Assembly (NCBI GenBank): GCA_963734495.1
Contig: CAVTHK010000007.1
Span: 320,001 to 384,000 of the forward strand
Length of the DNA: 64,000 nt
Direction of reading: 5' to 3'
DNA from: an uncultured Spirochaetota bacterium
GTDB lineage: Bacteria > Spirochaetota > Spirochaetia > SZUA-6 > CAVTHK01
The notes under the pieces are model-generated. The model was not told the DNA's origin. It saw only the letters and a list, made by a program, of their open reading frames with translations, and ran no database searches. A program made the translations under genes and the position numbers. Below, piece by piece: positions 10,615-19,943 of the stretch. Within the stretch, counting starts at the first letter, position 1. Every line of letters begins with the position of its first letter.

Positions 10615-12483
10615 CTAGACCCCCATCCGGTTGATGACCGTGTCGAGCAGCGTGTCCCACTGCGCGATAAAGCGCGCCGCGGCGTTGAAGCCGTGCTGGA
10701 TCTTGACCATGTTGGCCATTTCCTCGTCGAGGTTCACGCCCGAGACGGAGCTCTTCATGTCGTTGAGCTCCTTCATCACGAGGTTCTGCGTTTGCAGCGC
10801 CTGGTCCGCCTGCTCTCCCTTGAGCCCGATCTGCGCCACGGCGGCTGCGAAGAAGTCGTCGAACGTCGCGATGTCGCCGCCCAGCACCCGCGTGGTGCGT
10901 AGCTGCGCGACGGCGAGCGCGGCCGCCCCGTCGCCCGGCCCGCCCAGGGTCTCGTCGAAGGAGGTGGCCACGCGGCCCGGGTCCGCGGCCAGGACCGGGT
11001 TGATCGTGATCCACCCGGCCGGGTGCGCGACCGGCGCGACCGCAAACACGGCGCCCGGCGCCAGCTGCGCGGTCGCCCCCGCCTGCCCTCCGTCGTAAGC
11101 GCCGGCCGCTCCGGGCGCCCGCAGGAGCCCCGCGTAGCCGGTGAGGAACTCGCCATCGTCCTGGATCGTGCGCAGCACGAAGTCCGGGTTGGCGGCGTCC
11201 GCCGCCGTCGTCGCCCGTATGGTGAGGGCGCCTTCGCGGTTCAGGCGCGCCGTCACCTCGGCGCCGGATCGGTTGATGCGCTCGATCAGGTCCCCGACGG
11301 TGTCCGTCGGAAAGTACTCCACGCGCACCGGGTCGATCGGGCCGGCCATCGTGAGGGTGCCCCGAAGCCCGATCTGCGCCTTGGGATCGAGGGCGTTCGC
11401 GCCGGTCAGGCGGAAGAGGCGGGTCGAATCGAACGCGCCGTCGCCGTTCGCGTCGTAGTTGCCGAGCGGGTTGTCGACAAAGGGCTGCTCGACGAAGAAA
11501 TCGAGGCCCCTCTGCCGCGTCGTGCCGTAGCCGCTGCGGTGGATCTCGTTGACCAGGTCGACGAGGTTGATGGTCATGGTGTCGAGCTTCTGGATCTCGT
11601 CGCGGACGTCACCGTCCCGCATCTCGATGAGAGCGGCGACCTTGCCCCCGCGAAAGAACATCTCGCGCTGGCCGCCCGCCCAGAGGATCCGCGAGTACCC
11701 CTCGTTCCGGTTGTCGGGCACGGTCGCGAGCTCCTCGAAGTGCTTGCCCTGCACCAGGTGGTAGCCGCCGCTGTACACGGTGTACTCGTCCGGGTCGCGG
11801 TCGTCGACCGTGATGTCGATCAGGGTCGAGAGCCGGTTGATGAGGAGGTCGCGCCGGTCCATGTAGTCGTTGGGGTTGTCGCCCATCGCCTTGACCTTGA
11901 GGATCTGGTCGTTGAGGGCGGCGATCTGCTTGGTGAGGTCGTTGACCTGCTTGACCGAGCCGACGACGTCGTCGTCGAGCATGTTGCGGATGCCCTTGAA
12001 GCGCTCGAACCGCGCGTGGATCGCGTCGATGAGGGTCTCGCCGCGCTGCAGCACGGCCTCGCGCGCGCCGGCCTCGTTCGGCCTCACCGAGAGCTCCTGC
12101 CAGCTCTCCCAGAAGTGGTCCAGCATCGTGCGGACCGAGTGCTCGGTGGGCTCGTTGTGGACCTGCTCCACCATCTGAATGTACTTGTCCCGCGACTCCC
12201 AGTAGCCCTGGCCGTTCGCCTCGGCCACGATCCGCTGCTCCAGCAGCATGTCCTTGATCCTTTCGATGCGCTCGGCCTGCATGCCCTGGCCGAGCTGCCC
12301 GGCCCTCTCGGCGCGGTTCAAGGCGGGGTCGTAGATGGGCGGGAACGGCTCCATCTCGACCCGCTGCCGGCTGTAGCCCTCCACGTCGGCGTTGCTGACG
12401 TTGTGGCCCACCGTGTCCATGGCGAGCGTGTGCCCGATGAGGCTCCGCTTGCCGATCTCTATCCCGCCAAAGGTCGAGCCCAT
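10615..12483 (-). CDS. flgK: Hook-associated protein 1 FlgK
   Basis: GHNVSNADVEGYSRQ, PNDYMDRRDLL, SGVNLDEEMAN. Confidence 0.96.
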   Translation of the reverse strand: MGSTFGGIEIGKRSLIGHTLAMDTVGHNVSNADVEGYSRQRVEMEPFPPIYDPALNRAERAGQLGQGMQAERIERIKDMLLEQRIVAEANGQGYWESRDKYIQMVEQVHNEPTEHSVRTMLDHFWESWQELSVRPNEAGAREAVLQRGETLIDAIHARFERFKGIRNMLDDDVVGSVKQVNDLTKQIAALNDQILKVKAMGDNPNDYMDRRDLLINRLSTLIDITVDDRDPDEYTVYSGGYHLVQGKHFEELATVPDNRNEGYSRILWAGGQREMFFRGGKVAALIEMRDGDVRDEIQKLDTMTINLVDLVNEIHRSGYGTTRQRGLDFFVEQPFVDNPLGNYDANGDGAFDSTRLFRLTGANALDPKAQIGLRGTLTMAGPIDPVRVEYFPTDTVGDLIERINRSGAEVTARLNREGALTIRATTAADAANPDFVLRTIQDDGEFLTGYAGLLRAPGAAGAYDGGQAGATAQLAPGAVFAVAPVAHPAGWITINPVLAADPGRVATSFDETLGGPGDGAAALAVAQLRTTRVLGGDIATFDDFFAAAVAQIGLKGEQADQALQTQNLVMKELNDMKSSVSGVNLDEEMANMVKIQHGFNAAARFIAQWDTLLDTVINRMGV

Positions 12484-12492
12484 GATGCTCTC

Positions 12493-12993
12493 CTACAAGC
12501 TGCGGTTGATCACGACCGGGTCCGCCCCCGCCTCAGCGGGCCGGCCGGCGCGCGAGTAGATCCGCCCCCTGCGGTGGGGGAAGGCCTCGACGAGGATCTG
12601 CTCCACCGATTCCTTGATGTAGCGGAAGTAGTACGCGAGGCTCGACGACAGCGTCCTCACCCGTGCGACGGCGCTCCGCAGCTCCTCGTGGCACGCGGCC
12701 AGGCGGCCGCGCAAAGGCTCGGGGATGCGGGAGACCACCAGGGCGAAGCCGGCGCGGTCGCCGACGCCAAGCTGCTGCTTGAGCTCCTGGAACCGCCGGT
12801 GACGAACCTGCTCCGCGGCCTCGATCTCGCCCGCGAGCCGGTCGAGGTCCGCGAGGGACTGCTCGAGCCTCTGCCAGTCACGCTCCTGCACGACCCGGGT
12901 CAGGCCCGCCTCTTTTTCGGTGAACCGGAGGAAAAGCCCCTTCTCGTCGGCCATGGCGCGCGCGAGCAGAGCCGCCGTAGAATCATGTCCCAT
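12493..12993 (-). CDS. flgN: FlgN-like flagellar export chaperone
   Basis: Helical 166-aa ORF directly upstream of flgK ending IYSRAG...VVINRSL; SD GGGAG. Confidence 0.65.
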   Translation of the reverse strand: MGHDSTAALLARAMADEKGLFLRFTEKEAGLTRVVQERDWQRLEQSLADLDRLAGEIEAAEQVRHRRFQELKQQLGVGDRAGFALVVSRIPEPLRGRLAACHEELRSAVARVRTLSSSLAYYFRYIKESVEQILVEAFPHRRGRIYSRAGRPAEAGADPVVINRSL

Positions 12994-13015
12994 GGGTATA
13001 CACTCCCTGCTCTCA

Positions 13016-13042
13016 TTGTCGGAGGGCGGGAGGGGGGCCTGA
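13016..13042 (-). promoter_or_regulatory. Putative sigma28 promoter for flgN-flgK-flgL-fliW-csrA
   Basis: TCAG-N15-TCCGACAA versus consensus TAAA-N15-GCCGATAA. Confidence 0.5.
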
Positions 13043-13118
13043 AGGTCACGGCGGAGCAGGAGAAGGCTGAAGGGCGCCACGCGGCCGCCGGGCGGCAGGG
13101 GGGCGCGGGCGGGGGACC

Positions 13119-14132
13119 TCAGCAGCGGATCGGCAGAGGCCGGCCGCAGGACGCGCAGCGGCCTTCGCGGAGGCCGACGACCGCGGCCCGGTAGCCGGTG
13201 CGGCGCACCACGACCGCCCCGCAGCCCGGGCACACGGTGTTGGTCTCCCGCGGCCCCGCGTTGCCGACGTAGACCCAGTGCAGCCGGCGCCGCGCCGTCT
13301 CGGCGAGCCGAAGCACCGTCTCCACCGGCGTGGGAGGGATCGCGTAACGGTAGGTGGGGTAGTAGCAGGAGAGATGGTAGGGAATATCCGGGTCGAGGCC
13401 GGCGAGAAAGGCCGCGATCCCGTCGATCTGCGACGGATCGTCGTTCTTCGTCGGGATGACGAGCGTCGTCACCTCCAGGTGGATGCGCGGCGCCGCCTGC
13501 TCGAGGAAGCGGCAGACTTCGCGCAGGTCCCCCCCGATCTCCTCGCCGTAGAACCCGGAGTCCCACCCCTTGAGGTCGATGTTGGCGGCGTCGAGGAGGC
13601 CGAGCAGCTCATCGGCAGGCTCGGGCCGCACGAACCCGTTCGACACCAGGACGTTGGCGAGGCCGCGGCCGCGGGCGAGCCGCGCGGTCTCCAGGACGTA
13701 CTCGAAATGCACCAGCGGCTCGGAGTACGTGTAGGCGATCCCGATCGAGCCCTGCGCCAGCGCCGCCTCGACCAGCTCCCGCGGGCTCATCTCGCGCGTC
13801 GGGGCCCTGTTGGTCTGGCTGATCTCGTGATTCTGGCAGAACGGGCAGCGGAAGTTGCAGCCGACAAAGCCCACCGACAGGATCGCGGACCCGGGATGGA
13901 AGTGGTACAGCGGCTTCTTCTCGATCGGGTCCATCGCGACCGCGGTGACGCGGCCCGCGAACGGGATCTCTCCCCTGCCCCCGCGGTTGGCCCGCACGCG
14001 GCAGCGCCCGTACCCGCCCGGCGCGATCACGCACTCGTGCGGGCAGAGGCGGCAGCGGACGCGATCGCCGCCGGCCGCCTCGAAGAACCGCGGCGCGAGG
14101 CCCGGCTGCTCCCGTTCTACCCCGCGGCTCGT
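13119..14132 (-). CDS. amrS: AmmeMemoRadiSam system radical SAM enzyme (start uncertain)
   Basis: [32 protein letters not shown] (CxxxCxxC), YTYSEP, NIDLKG, VYVGN, C-terminal CPGCG..CASCG. Confidence 0.9.
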   Translation of the reverse strand, partial: TSRGVEREQPGLAPRFFEAAGGDRVRCRLCPHECVIAPGGYGRCRVRANRGGRGEIPFAGRVTAVAMDPIEKKPLYHFHPGSAILSVGFVGCNFRCPFCQNHEISQTNRAPTREMSPRELVEAALAQGSIGIAYTYSEPLVHFEYVLETARLARGRGLANVLVSNGFVRPEPADELLGLLDAANIDLKGWDSGFYGEEIGGDLREVCRFLEQAAPRIHLEVTTLVIPTKNDDPSQIDGIAAFLAGLDPDIPYHLSCYYPTYRYAIPPTPVETVLRLAETARRRLHWVYVGNAGPRETNTVCPGCGAVVVRRTGYRAAVVGLREGRCASCGRPLPIRC

Positions 14133-15259
14133 TTGAGCTCCTCCGCCTTGTCGGTGCGCTCCCAGGAGAACCCCGGACGGCCGAAATGGCCGTACACCGA
14201 CGTGGCGCTGAAGATCGGCTTCCGCAGATCGAGGGTCTCGATGATCGCCCGCGGCGTCAGGTCGAACACCTTGCGGACCGCCTGCGCCAGCCGGGAGTCC
14301 GGCAGCTTGCCCGTCCCCATGGTGTCCACGAGCAGCGACACGGGCTCCGCGACGCCGATTGCGTAGGCGACCTGAAGCTCGCAGCGCTCGGCGAGCCCGG
14401 CTGCGACGACGTTCTTGGCCACGTACCGCATCATGTAGGCCGCCGACCGGTCGACCTTGCTCGGGTCCTTGCCCGAGAAGGCCCCGCCCCCGTGCCTCGC
14501 CATGCCGCCGTAGGTGTCCACGATGATCTTGCGGCCCGTGAGGCCGCTGTCGCCGTAGGGTCCACCGACGACGAAGCGTCCCGTGGGGTTGATCAGGTAG
14601 GTCACGTTGCCGGAGAGCAGCCCCGCCGGCAGCGTCTTCTTGATGATCTCCTCGATGAGGCTCTCCTTGAGATCGTCGTAGGTCACCTCCTCGGAATGCT
14701 GGTGCGAGAGGACGACCGTGGCGACCCGCGCGGGCTTCCAGTCGCGGTACTCCACCGTGACCTGGCACTTGCCGTCGGGCCTGAGGAACGGCAGCTTGCC
14801 CTTCTTGCGCACGTCGGCGGCGGTCCGCATGATCTGGTGCGCGAACAGGATCGGCGCCGGCATCAGCTCCGGCGTGTCCTTGCACGCGTAGCCGAACATC
14901 ATCCCCTGGTCGCCCGCGCCCCCGGTGTCCACGCCCTGGGCGATGTCGGGCGACTGGTCGTGGATCGTGCTCAGCACCGCGCAGGATTCGTAGTCGATCC
15001 CGTACGAAGGGTTGTCGTACCCGATGGACTTGAGCACCCCCCGCGCCGTCCGCTGGACGTCGACGTACGACCGCGTCGTGATCTCGCCGCCGACGAGCAC
15101 CATCCCCGTCGTCACGAAGCACTCGCACGCCACGCGCGAGGCCGAGTCGCGGCCGATCGCCTCATCGAGGACGGCGTCCGAGATCTGGTCGCAGATCTTG
15201 TCGGGGTGCCCCTCGCCCACGCTCTCCGATGTGAATATGAAGTCTCCGCCTGCGTTCAA
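14117..15259 (-). CDS. metK: S-adenosylmethionine synthetase
   Basis: [38 protein letters not shown] start with SD GGAGG. Confidence 0.98.
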   Translation of the reverse strand: MNAGGDFIFTSESVGEGHPDKICDQISDAVLDEAIGRDSASRVACECFVTTGMVLVGGEITTRSYVDVQRTARGVLKSIGYDNPSYGIDYESCAVLSTIHDQSPDIAQGVDTGGAGDQGMMFGYACKDTPELMPAPILFAHQIMRTAADVRKKGKLPFLRPDGKCQVTVEYRDWKPARVATVVLSHQHSEEVTYDDLKESLIEEIIKKTLPAGLLSGNVTYLINPTGRFVVGGPYGDSGLTGRKIIVDTYGGMARHGGGAFSGKDPSKVDRSAAYMMRYVAKNVVAAGLAERCELQVAYAIGVAEPVSLLVDTMGTGKLPDSRLAQAVRKVFDLTPRAIIETLDLRKPIFSATSVYGHFGRPGFSWERTDKAEELKRAAG

Positions 15260-15296
15260 GACGTCCTCCCGTCCTTATACAATCTCGCGGGCCGCC

Positions 15297-15650
15297 TCAG
15301 CGCCCGCCGTGCAGCGTAAAGTCCTGGATCGTGTCGGCCACGACGAACGGCTCGTAGCGCAGCCCGAGGGAGCCCTTCCTCACCCAGAGCCGCACCATGG
15401 GGAGCGTCTCGCCCCCCTCGGTCACGAGGCTCGGGAGCTCGTCGACGTGCGCCACATCCTGCAGCCTGAACTCGTAGAACATCGTCTGCGCGCTGAAGGG
15501 ATCGCAGATGAGGATCAGCTTGTCGGCGTCGTACGGGTGCTTGCGCGGCGCGCCGGTGAAGCCGACGTTGTCCGCGGCGCGGCCCCCGCGCGCCGAGTAG
15601 CGCGCCACCTCGTGCAGCGGCTCCGTGCCCAGGTACTTGCGGATGCTCAC
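15297..15650 (-). CDS. Small hypothetical protein
   Basis: GTGA overlap with pfk stop; globular-looking sequence FTGAPRKHPYD..DPFS..FYEF..VRLWVRKGS. Confidence 0.7.
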   Translation of the reverse strand: MSIRKYLGTEPLHEVARYSARGGRAADNVGFTGAPRKHPYDADKLILICDPFSAQTMFYEFRLQDVAHVDELPSLVTEGGETLPMVRLWVRKGSLGLRYEPFVVADTIQDFTLHGGR

Positions 15651-17038
15651 TCGCCGGCCCTCGCCTTCCGTTTCGCGGGCAGCCCGCGCCCCTCGCCCGC
15701 GCCGGCGCGCATCTTTGCCGGCTGCCCGGTGGCGAACAGCACGTTCAGCCACAGCGGGTCCTCGGGCGAAAGCGTGTTGCGCTTGGAGATCGCCAGCTTG
15801 AGGGGCACGTGCGTGAAGAAGTCGTTCCAGCTTCCCACCAGCATGCCCGTCTTGCCCGCCAGGGCGGCATGAGCCGCGTTCTGCGCGAGCTGGATGCAGT
15901 AGATCGCGTCGTGGGCGTTCGCCGGCGCGGCGCGCACCATGTAGCTCGGGTCGATGTACTTGAGGCTCACGCGGTGGCCTGTGCTCCTGAAGTGCTCGAT
16001 GAGGGCGTCGCGGAGAAAGACGCCGATGTCGGCCAGGACCGGGTTGCCGGAGGGGTCGCGGCGGGCGAGATCGCAGTTGAGGTGCTCCTGTCCTGCGCCT
16101 TCCGCCACGGCGATGACCGCGTGGTTCTTGCGCTGGAACCGGCGCTCGAGAGCGGCGAAGAGGCCGTCCGGCCCCTCGAGGTCGAAGGGCACCTCGGGGA
16201 TGAGGACGAAATTCACCTCGTTGAGGGCCAGGGCCGCGTTCGCGGCGATGAACCCGGAAAGCCGGCCCATGACCTTGACCAGGCCGAGGCCGTACGGGGC
16301 GCCTTTCGCCTCTACGTGCGCGGAGCGGATCGCCTGCCCCGCGATGGAAAACGCGGTCTCCAGGCCGAAGGTTTTCTGGACGTAGGCAATGTCGTTGTCG
16401 ATCGTCTTGGGGACCCCGACGACCGCGATCTTGAGGCCGCGCCTCGTGACCTCCTCGTAGATCTCGTGGGCGGCCCGCAGCGTGCCGTCACCGCCGATGG
16501 TGAACAGCATCGAGATGTTCATCCTCTCCAGGCAGTCGACGATGTCTTCGGTCGACTGCTCGCCCCGCGACGAAGCGAGCACGCTTCCGCCCTGCTCGTG
16601 GATCTCGTCGACCACGTCGGGATCGAGCATCACGGGCTCGTGGCCGTAGCGCGGGACGAACCCCTCGAAGCCGTAAGGGATGCCGAAGATCGTCCGCACG
16701 TCGTAGGCGAGGAACAGCGTGCGCACCAGCTCGCGGATGACGTTGTTGATCCCGGGACAGAGGCCGCCGCAGGTCACGATCGCGGCGCGCGCTTTCGACG
16801 GGTCGAAGTAGATCCTGCCGCGGGGGCCGGCCTTCTCGAACGCGGGAGGGCTCCCGCCCGCCCGCAACTGCGCCGCGATCTGGCCGCGATCGTGCTGCAT
16901 CAGCACGGTGTGGCCGTCCTCGACGTAGTCGGCGAGCGCGTCGCCGAACACCTTTGAGAGGCCGAGCGGCGAGTCGACCCTGGGCTCGCCCAGCGTGGGC
17001 ACGCGAAGAGCTTCGTCTCCGAGGTCCGGAATCACCAT
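15647..17038 (-). CDS. pfkA: ATP-dependent 6-phosphofructokinase (group X/long type)
   Basis: TCGGLCPG, GGDGT (ATP-type Gly), PKTIDND, MGR, YIDPSY. Confidence 0.92.
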   Translation of the reverse strand: MVIPDLGDEALRVPTLGEPRVDSPLGLSKVFGDALADYVEDGHTVLMQHDRGQIAAQLRAGGSPPAFEKAGPRGRIYFDPSKARAAIVTCGGLCPGINNVIRELVRTLFLAYDVRTIFGIPYGFEGFVPRYGHEPVMLDPDVVDEIHEQGGSVLASSRGEQSTEDIVDCLERMNISMLFTIGGDGTLRAAHEIYEEVTRRGLKIAVVGVPKTIDNDIAYVQKTFGLETAFSIAGQAIRSAHVEAKGAPYGLGLVKVMGRLSGFIAANAALALNEVNFVLIPEVPFDLEGPDGLFAALERRFQRKNHAVIAVAEGAGQEHLNCDLARRDPSGNPVLADIGVFLRDALIEHFRSTGHRVSLKYIDPSYMVRAAPANAHDAIYCIQLAQNAAHAALAGKTGMLVGSWNDFFTHVPLKLAISKRNTLSPEDPLWLNVLFATGQPAKMRAGAGEGRGLPAKRKARAGE

Positions 17039-17094
17039 GAGCCCATTGCGGCCCCTCGACGGGCCTCCCCCCCTCTGGCGGCGTATGGTGCGCG

Positions 17095-17123
17095 ATTCTA
17101 GGAAAATCCACAGCCGGTGTCAA
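17095..17123 (-). promoter_or_regulatory. sigma70 promoter for pfk operon
   Basis: TTGACA-17-TAGAAT on minus strand. Confidence 0.75.
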
Positions 17124-17204
17124 GTTTAATCAAGTTTGCCCCGTTCCGCGAAGCGCCGCCGGCCGTGCTATCATGCGGTCTCGACTGCGAGGAGGAGGCG
17201 CTCG

Positions 17205-17894
17205 ATGGCAGTGAGCAAAAAGACGCTCGACATCTTCAGGTCGGTGCGGACCTCGGACGTCACGGATGCGCTCGACTCCATGGGCCTGCAGCAGCGTTAC
17301 GAGATGGACCCGGCGATGCGTCCCCTGTTCGCCGGCATCCGCTTCGCGGGGATCGCGCACACCGCCGAGTACCGCGCGATCGACAGGCCGCTCCGCGCGA
17401 TGACGTACGAGGAGTTCGACGAGCTGCAGTACAAGCGCGGACCCGAGGGCCTGTGGCACGAGGCCGGCGTCTGGGGCGCGCCCGACGAAGTCCTCGTGAT
17501 CGACGCGAAGCGGACCCGCGCCGGGATCCTCGGCTCCAACAACACGCTCGGCGGGCGGGCCCGGGGCGTCCTCGGCTTCGTGATCGACGGCACCTGCCGC
17601 GATTCCGGCGAGTGCATCGTCCAGAAGACCCCGGTCTTCTCCACCGTCCGATCGCCGGCGCACCCGATGGGGCGCATCGGCGCGGTGACGGACAGCCAGC
17701 CGATCGTCTGCGCCGGGGTGGTCGTGCGGCCGGGCGACGTAGTCATCGCCGACGACGACGGCGTGGTCGTGGTGCCGCAGGAGATCGCCGACGAAGCGGC
17801 GCGGCGCGCGCATCTGATCCAGGCCAAGGACCGCCCAGGCCGCAGGGCCGGCTACGAGGCGCTCGGCCTGCCGCTCGACGACACGGTCGGATAG
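17205..17894 (+). CDS. RraA-like / HMG aldolase family protein
   Basis: DVTDALD, VIDGTCRD, GVVVRPGDVVIADDDGVVVVP; SD GGAGGAGG. Confidence 0.88.
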   Translation: MAVSKKTLDIFRSVRTSDVTDALDSMGLQQRYEMDPAMRPLFAGIRFAGIAHTAEYRAIDRPLRAMTYEEFDELQYKRGPEGLWHEAGVWGAPDEVLVIDAKRTRAGILGSNNTLGGRARGVLGFVIDGTCRDSGECIVQKTPVFSTVRSPAHPMGRIGAVTDSQPIVCAGVVVRPGDVVIADDDGVVVVPQEIADEAARRAHLIQAKDRPGRRAGYEALGLPLDDTVG

Positions 17895-17986
17895 CCGCCG
17901 CCGATCCGGGGCCGCCGCTGGACAGCGGGCAAACGGGTGCGTTATGATCGCGTTATAACGCGGCGCCGGTCCCGGACAGACAAAAA

Positions 17987-18655
17987 TTGAAGGCGCGTGC
18001 GCCGGTCAACTCGATGGTGAAAAGCGACACGCAGACAGCGACTGAACGCGCGTACGTCGCGATCAGGGACGCCATCCTCGAATGCTCCCTGCAGCCGAGC
18101 ACGCGATTGACGGTGCGCGCGATGGCGGAGCTGACCGGCGTCAGCGTCATCCCCGTCATCCAGGCGCTCCACCGGCTCGAAGAGGAAGGGCTGATCGAGA
18201 CCTTCCCGCGCTGGGGCTCGCGGGTCATCACGCTGGACAACGAAACGATCCGGGACCGCTACCTGCTGCGCGAGGCCGTGGAGTGCCAGGTCGCGCGCAT
18301 CCTCGCGACGAGCCACTCCGCGGACCAGGCCGAGCAGCTCACGCGCATGGCGGTGCGCCTCGACGAGCTCGTTGCCGCGCGGGACCTGGAGGCGGAATTC
18401 CTCGCCAAGGACCACGAGATCCATTCGAAGATGGCCGAGTTCACGGGGAGCAAATCGCTGATGCGCGCCCTCGCGCGCATCAACCTCTTCCGCCTGATGC
18501 AGAAGACGCGCGAGCACATCATCCTCAGGCGCGTCGGGCTGCCGAACGACCTCCACGGCCGGCTCGTCCGCGCCATCCTCGCCAGCGACCCCGACGCCGC
18601 GGAGAAACAGATGCGGGAGCACATCTTCCAGCCCGGGGTGGGCGTGCACCGATAG
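17987..18655 (+). CDS. GntR family transcriptional regulator (FCD domain)
   Basis: AYVAIRDAIL..GVSVIPVIQALHRLEEEGLI HTH; DHEIH, HGRLVRAI..DPDAAEKQMREHI. Confidence 0.92.
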   Translation: MKARAPVNSMVKSDTQTATERAYVAIRDAILECSLQPSTRLTVRAMAELTGVSVIPVIQALHRLEEEGLIETFPRWGSRVITLDNETIRDRYLLREAVECQVARILATSHSADQAEQLTRMAVRLDELVAARDLEAEFLAKDHEIHSKMAEFTGSKSLMRALARINLFRLMQKTREHIILRRVGLPNDLHGRLVRAILASDPDAAEKQMREHIFQPGVGVHR

Positions 18656-18671
18656 GGCGGGCGCGCCCGCC

Positions 18672-19910
18672 TCAGAAGGGGCGCAGGCGGCCCGCCTCGT
18701 CGAACGCCGGTGAGGCGGTCGCGTCCACGCGCGAGACGTTCGGCCGCGATCCCATCACGCGCCACAGCGGCTCGGACGCCTGGAACTCGCCGATGGCGAG
18801 CGTGTTGCGGACGCGCAGGACGCGCAGGTCCTCCAGCTCCACGGGCCCGCAGGCGCGGATCGCCCACTCGTAGGCCTCACGGTCCGTCGGCGCCACCAGG
18901 GGCATCTTGCCCCGCTCGAGGAACGTGCTGGTGATCACGTTCTGGGCGACGGAGGCGAGGTCCACCTTCTCGTAGAGCCGCCGCGTGATGACGTCGGCGA
19001 GCCCCATCCCGAGCGCGTTGCCGTGCGAAGCCTCCGTGAGGTCGCAGACGACGATTGCCTTGATCCGGGGCGACTCCGGCTCCGGGTCCCCCTTGATGTA
19101 GATGCGGCCGATGATGTTCGTGTCCAGCCCGGTCCCGCTCACGTCCTTGCCGAGCTCGTCGACGATGAGGATGTCGATGTCGTCGGCGGGCAGGCGCGGC
19201 ATGAGGCCGCGCGCCGCCGCGAGCAGGGCGCGGTCGGCGTCGATGAGCTCGCGCGGCCGGGCGGCGCGCACCTCCGCCAGGTCGTGGCGCGCGTTCTCGA
19301 CGAGCCCGACGCCCAGCAGGATGTTGCCGTCGGCCAGCACCCGGCGCGCGACCAGCGGGATGAACTCGCGCAGCCCGCGCGTGCCGTGCCGGTGCACCTC
19401 GAGGGCCTGGGCGTGCTTGCCCAGGCCGATCACGGCCATCTTGACCAGCCCGCTCTCGTGCTCGCCGTGGTAGTCGGTGTGGGGCTTCACGCGGTTGACG
19501 AGGATCGTGCCGCGCGCCTCCGACGCGAGCCGGTCCATGAAGACGCGGCACGGCGCGTCGCCGCGCGGGAGCTCGACGACCTCCATCGAGGAGCGGATGG
19601 GCGCGCCGACTTCGGCCTCCGTGATGCCGTAGCTGGCGAGCACCTCGCGCTGGCCTTCGGCGGTGGCGCCCCCGTGGCTCCCCATGGCCGGGATCACGAA
19701 GGGCTCGCCCCCGCGCTCCCGCACGGCGGCGACCGTCGCGCGCACGACTTCCTGCAGCCGGGCGATGCCGCGGCTTCCGACCGCGATCGCGATCGGGTCG
19801 CCCCTGCCTATGGCGGGGTTGCAGCGCGCGATCTCCTCGCGCACGCGCGAGGCCACGTCGACGATATGTTCCGAGGGGAAGGACTGCCTTCCCCGGATCA
19901 GTCGCAGCAT
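18672..19910 (-). CDS. LarA-like N-terminal domain protein (lactate racemase-related family)
   Basis: AVGSRGI, PAMGSHGGATAEGQ, NRVKPHTDY, ESGLVKMAVIGLGKH, GKDVSGTGLDTNIIGR. Confidence 0.8.
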   Translation of the reverse strand: MLRLIRGRQSFPSEHIVDVASRVREEIARCNPAIGRGDPIAIAVGSRGIARLQEVVRATVAAVRERGGEPFVIPAMGSHGGATAEGQREVLASYGITEAEVGAPIRSSMEVVELPRGDAPCRVFMDRLASEARGTILVNRVKPHTDYHGEHESGLVKMAVIGLGKHAQALEVHRHGTRGLREFIPLVARRVLADGNILLGVGLVENARHDLAEVRAARPRELIDADRALLAAARGLMPRLPADDIDILIVDELGKDVSGTGLDTNIIGRIYIKGDPEPESPRIKAIVVCDLTEASHGNALGMGLADVITRRLYEKVDLASVAQNVITSTFLERGKMPLVAPTDREAYEWAIRACGPVELEDLRVLRVRNTLAIGEFQASEPLWRVMGSRPNVSRVDATASPAFDEAGRLRPF

Positions 19911-19943
19911 GCCGCTATCTTGAGCCGGAAAGGCGCCCCGCTG

